Notes under the pieces: generated by a model
The model's database searches: none
Seen by the model: only the letters and a program-made list of their open reading frames with translations
Told to the model about the DNA's origin: nothing
Made by a program: the position numbers and the translations under genes
Virus record (IMG/VR): IMGVR_UViG_3300016666_000240
Span: 1-38,076 of that record
Source of the DNA: a virus
Lineage: Duplodnaviria; Caudoviricetes
Direction: 5' to 3' (one strand)
DNA length: 38,076 nucleotides
Part shown: in pieces, positions 34,877 to 38,076 of the stretch
Position numbering within the stretch: position 1 is the first letter of the stretch
Layout of the letters: each line of letters begins with the position of its first letter

Positions 34877-35155
34877 TATACAGGGGTCTTTTGACTCAAA
34901 TTTGCGCCATGGCCGAAGGCGCATGAGGACTGGCGCGGCGGGCGAAGAGGGGGGGCATGCGATTTGACGCATTTTGACGCACTTTGAGCGGTTTTTGGTG
35001 CGGGTGGTGTGCGAACGTGGGAGCGGCGCTAATTTCGCGCTACGCCGGGCCCTGGCGCGGTTCTGGCCGCTGTACTGGCGTCCTTGTTCTCAGCATCATT
35101 CATCTTCATGCCCCTGCATCATTGCCGGGTATTGCGGCCTCAAGAACTCTTGATA

Positions 35156-35175
35156 TACTGTATGCATGTACAGTA
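35156..35175 (+). promoter_or_regulatory. LexA (SOS) box TACTGTATGCATGTACAGTA
   Basis: CTGT-N8-ACAG consensus with TA flanks, overlapping a -10-like TATACT and ~20 bp upstream of a start codon. Confidence 0.88.
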
Positions 35176-35193
35176 TCTTACTCAGGTGTCACA

Positions 35194-35532
35194 GTGATTG
35201 TTAAAATGTTAAAGATGCGCCTTGCTGGCGTAGAGGTGCCCAAGCGACGGCTGAATGATCGTTACAACTTGGCACGGCCCGGAACGTTGGAAGTCGTCGA
35301 AACGACAGACCAGGGCTTGCACCGTCTGGTGAGGCTTGCCCGCTTCACTTACGGAGAGAGCGGGAAGTATGTTGACACACTTTTCGATGTGAATTTGCTC
35401 TGGTATCGGGACGGGCGCATGGTGTTGTCAGGGTTTGAGCGCAGCAAAGTGGATATGCAATTCTGCGACTATGCGCAGTCCTGGCTGTGTTTTGTCGGGA
35501 CGGAGCCGCCGCCAATGCCGGAAGGCAGGTAG
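35194..35532 (+). CDS. SOS-regulated hypothetical protein (112 aa)
   Basis: GTG start after AGGTG RBS, just downstream of the LexA box; first gene of an operon with SRAP. Confidence 0.7.
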   Translation: MIVKMLKMRLAGVEVPKRRLNDRYNLARPGTLEVVETTDQGLHRLVRLARFTYGESGKYVDTLFDVNLLWYRDGRMVLSGFERSKVDMQFCDYAQSWLCFVGTEPPPMPEGR

Positions 35533-35542
35533 AATAAATCGC

Positions 35543-36181
35543 ATGTGCGCCGACTATACCCCCAGCCGTAGCGATCAAATCGAACAGCATTTCGCTGTCC
35601 GCTCCCCTCAATTCGACCTGCCGCCGGAAGCCTGGCCCGGCTACATGGCGCCGATCATTCGCGCGTTGCACGATGTGCCCGGTGAGCTGGAAGTCGCGCC
35701 GGCATGTTTCGGGATGGTTCCGCATTGGGCCGATATGAAGCTGGCGCGCCAGACCTACAACGCCCGCACCGAAACCGTGGCGCAGAAGCCATCCTTCCGC
35801 AATGCCTGGAAGCGCAAACAGTTCTGCATTATCCCTGCCGATAACTTCTTTGAACCCTGCTACGAGACTGGAAAGCCGGTGCGCTGGCGCATCGAGCGCG
35901 CCGATGGTATGCCGGCCGCCATTGCCGGGATATGGGAATTCCGGCCGCAAGATTTGCTGTTGTCGTTCTCGATGCTGACGATAAACGCCGATGGACACCC
36001 GCTCATGCAGCGTTTCCACAAGCCGGATGATGAAAAACGGATGGTGATGATCCTCGACCCGGACCAGTATCACAGCTGGCTAGATGGTTCCCTTGTGGCC
36101 GATGAGGATTTGTTCAAGCAGTATCCAGCAGAGCGCCTGGTGGCGGTAGCTGATCCACTTCCGCCGCGTGTGAAAAAATGA
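35543..36181 (+). CDS. SOS response-associated peptidase (SRAP / YedK / HMCES-like abasic-site protein), 212 aa
   Basis: MC start (catalytic Cys2), FGMVPHW, YNARTETVAQKPSFR, FFEP, FSMLTINA, HKPDDEKRM. Confidence 0.9.
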   Translation: MCADYTPSRSDQIEQHFAVRSPQFDLPPEAWPGYMAPIIRALHDVPGELEVAPACFGMVPHWADMKLARQTYNARTETVAQKPSFRNAWKRKQFCIIPADNFFEPCYETGKPVRWRIERADGMPAAIAGIWEFRPQDLLLSFSMLTINADGHPLMQRFHKPDDEKRMVMILDPDQYHSWLDGSLVADEDLFKQYPAERLVAVADPLPPRVKK

Positions 36182-36312
36182 ACACGAGCTGGGCGCTTGC
36201 GAGCGGGGGTAGGTCTGACAATCGGACAAAAGCTTAACAAACAGCGTTATGCTTCAAAGCAGGGTGAATATCACGACGCCATTTTTCTAAAAGCCGACGC
36301 TGCGTCAAAATG

Positions 36313-36882
36313 TCAGACTTGATTCGGCTCTGCCTTATCGGAGGCATCATCGCCGTCAGAAATTGCATTTAGAAATGCATCCGCAATACTATAGACTGAC
36401 TGATAGTCATATGTTCGCCCGAATTTTGGGGTCCAGTAACGACCGTGAGCAAGCCAATGACGGTAGTTAAAAGCTCCGATTAAGTCGCCGATCAACACTT
36501 TCGGCACATCCGAGTGTTGACGCCAACAATCGAGTAAGTCCGCATCTAGTCTGGCCCGCTCTTCTCTCTCCTTATATACTTGACGTAAGGCTCGTGACAA
36601 GGCGCTCTTTTCCTTGGCATAGACTCGCCTGAAGTAATCGGTGCGAATCGCAGCTTCCACACATGAAAGCACAGATAGGGCGCTACTGTGGTCTAACTCG
36701 GCCAATACAATCGAGCGGACTTCGTCCAGCGGTAGGCCAGCATATCCGGCAAGACTTTGGTTGCCCATCAGTACGACTGTGCCAAGCGCAAAGAACTCAT
36801 AAGTTGCGGTCTGCATCACCAAATGATGACGTGCGACCTCTGCCAATGTGAGTTCTAGCTGAGAAAGGCTGACTTTAGCCAC
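36313..36882 (-). CDS. HEPN-like putative RNase (189 aa)
   Basis: Helical protein with upstream E (VEAAIR) and Rx4H motif YRHWLAHG; GTG start overlaps the upstream stop; low GC. Confidence 0.6.
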   Translation of the reverse strand: MAKVSLSQLELTLAEVARHHLVMQTATYEFFALGTVVLMGNQSLAGYAGLPLDEVRSIVLAELDHSSALSVLSCVEAAIRTDYFRRVYAKEKSALSRALRQVYKEREERARLDADLLDCWRQHSDVPKVLIGDLIGAFNYRHWLAHGRYWTPKFGRTYDYQSVYSIADAFLNAISDGDDASDKAEPNQV

Positions 36883-37411
36883 CGCGCACAACCTTCATCA
36901 GCATCTCTAAAAATACTTCAGGCGTAAGCTCAACATAGCTAGTATTTGGAGGTGGAGGCATGATTTTCCATGCCAGATCTGGCTCATGCTCAGGTACTTT
37001 AGTCTCTGCTGAGACTGTGGTCGTATTGAAGCTAAAGTAAGGTGCTTTCGCTACTTTTGGAACAAGTATCAGGCGAACAACTCCGCGAGGTCCTTCCATA
37101 TCGACGCGTCCGAACGCACCTATCAGAAATGTGCCAATAGGCTTCAGCTTAACGACCGTCGGCCCTACGGAAATCTCAATTTGTGGCGCTTTATACGCAC
37201 CAGTTTGCTCCTCGGTTATCGACACCGGCCTAACCGACATTTTAATACCCGCTTCTTCATAAGCATGGAGTGAACTCTCGACAAATTTGCGCAATACGTC
37301 CAGATGGCCGAGCCAGCGGCTCTTCTCCCGCTCGATCGTTATTACCTCCTGAGTATCTTCCTTGCCCATAGCTGTTTGCGCTTGAACAAATTCCATGAAC
37401 TTATCAACCAT
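36875..37411 (-). CDS. Hypothetical protein (178 aa), coupled partner of the HEPN-like gene
   Basis: AAGGGAG RBS before ATG 37411; ITEEQTGAYKAP...LKPIGTFLIGAFGRVDM; low GC. Confidence 0.7.
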   Translation of the reverse strand: MVDKFMEFVQAQTAMGKEDTQEVITIEREKSRWLGHLDVLRKFVESSLHAYEEAGIKMSVRPVSITEEQTGAYKAPQIEISVGPTVVKLKPIGTFLIGAFGRVDMEGPRGVVRLILVPKVAKAPYFSFNTTTVSAETKVPEHEPDLAWKIMPPPPNTSYVELTPEVFLEMLMKVVRGG

Positions 37412-37644
37412 TTTTAGCTCCCTTGCATCTAATTTGTCAATTATCTCACCTATCCATGGCCATACGCACCTTACTGAGTGCAAAGTCTGTCCTGTCCTGA
37501 GGCAGGTATTGCGCTGCGAGTGTCGGATTGATTGATGAGTTGCAACAAGGACGCCAAGGGCGAAAAAAAAGGCTGTCATTTTGTTGTCATTCCTAGGCTA
37601 AAACAGCCCAAAAACAACCCAAATAATGACAGCCTTCGTCTTGC

Positions 37645-37657
37645 TAACTACTTGATT
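37645..37657 (-). promoter_or_regulatory. IHF-consensus site in the att arm
   Basis: AATCAAGTAGTTA fits WATCAANNNNTTR, 7 bp from the att core. Confidence 0.6.
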
Positions 37658-37664
37658 CTAAACA

Positions 37665-37695
37665 ATTCAGTGGTGGAGACGGCGGGAATCGAACC
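37665..37695. repeat. att core (right copy; reconstitutes ssrA 3' end)
   Basis: Exact 31-bp repeat of 1936-1966 covering the T-arm and CCA end of tmRNA. Confidence 0.95.
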
Positions 37696-38031
37696 CGCGT
37701 CCGCAAGCACTCCACAGACAGTTCTACATACTTAGCACTGCCATTTAATTTAACCGGTACAACGCGGACGTGCACGCTGTGTACAAGCGAGTTACCTATT
37801 ATTTAGTCGGACGCTAAGTAACCCAGCATCAGACGAGTCCCTGTAAATGACTCTAGAGCTTTTGACGGCCCACCCCAGGGACGAGGTGTTCTAGAGCTAA
37901 CAGCGATTAAGCTGCCAGTGCGTACGAGTTATCGTTTGCAGTTAAGTTTTTTCTGGTTGTATTTACGAGGTAGCCAGCCCTCGGTATGCCCTGCGCTGCT
38001 TTGCAACCCACGTCGAAACCAGGTCGTCCCC
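37671..38031 (-). ncRNA. ssrA: tmRNA (transfer-messenger RNA), tag peptide (A)ANDNSYALAA
   Basis: 5' GGGGACGACCTGGTTTCGAC, 3' GGTTCGATTCCCGCCGTCTCCACCA; tag frame at 37907-37939 GCAAACGATAACTCGTACGCACTGGCAGCTTAA. Confidence 0.97.
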
Positions 38032-38076
38032 ACAGAACCTTCATTGTAGCGCAATCTGCCCACTCTTGCATGATGC

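Larger units (their letters stand above)
1936..37695. mobile_element. Complete P2-like prophage integrated in ssrA (excised unit 35,729 bp)
   Basis: Flanking 31-bp direct repeats, integrase/xis, gpA, Ogr, repressor, complete P2-type morphogenesis genes and cos. Confidence 0.96.

Noticed and set aside
10484-34926. Many long antisense or alternate-frame ORFs (e.g. 17235..18677, 18831..20147, 20163..21839, 30661..31509, 31904..33013)
   Set aside because: Mirror frames of well-supported high-GC phage genes; only the o-spanin and E' alternate frames have positive evidence
34963-34990. Short tandem repeats as CRISPR or iterons
   Set aside because: 10-bp period with no spacers and no cas genes; position fits cos-associated sites
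16018-37579. Long N-terminal extensions in the ORF track (FI 17388, J 23955, endolysin 27855, X 28993, P 31514, Q 33334, SRAP 35435, 37579)
   Set aside because: They overlap upstream genes or promoters; shorter starts have RBS, coupling or family-typical N-termini such as SRAP Met-Cys
37532-37735. 67-aa plus-strand ORF
   Set aside because: Spans the att arm and is antisense to tmRNA; translation of non-coding sequence

Overview
Almost the whole window is one apparently intact P2-like (Peduovirus/phiCTX-type organisation) prophage of about 35.7 kb in a GC-rich, probably betaproteobacterial chromosome. It is integrated in the 3' end of the tmRNA gene (ssrA, 37671-38031, minus strand) and bounded by an exact 31-bp direct repeat (1936-1966 and 37665-37695). 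The host flank on the left holds a partial GGDEF diguanylate cyclase, a small hypothetical gene and the displaced ssrA terminator. The prophage has int/xis, gpA with its ori, Ogr, an XRE repressor with convergent promoters and an operator, and full head, lysis, baseplate and tail modules plus a cos site. Accessory cargo includes a ParB/Srx-like ORF, an AbiTii-like protein between S and V, an extra 994-aa SGNH tailspike-like protein, a TraR-like zinc finger, a LexA-controlled SRAP operon and a two-gene HEPN-like module. The best candidate for an undescribed system is the immunity operon: repressor, then a secreted protein, then a membrane-anchored antirepressor-like protein with a periplasmic domain. 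The repressor C-terminus and the membrane protein N-terminus share a short beta-rich (RHIM/amyloid-signalling-like) motif, which suggests envelope-to-repressor signalling that controls lysogeny. All family assignments come from motif recognition by eye; no searches were run.
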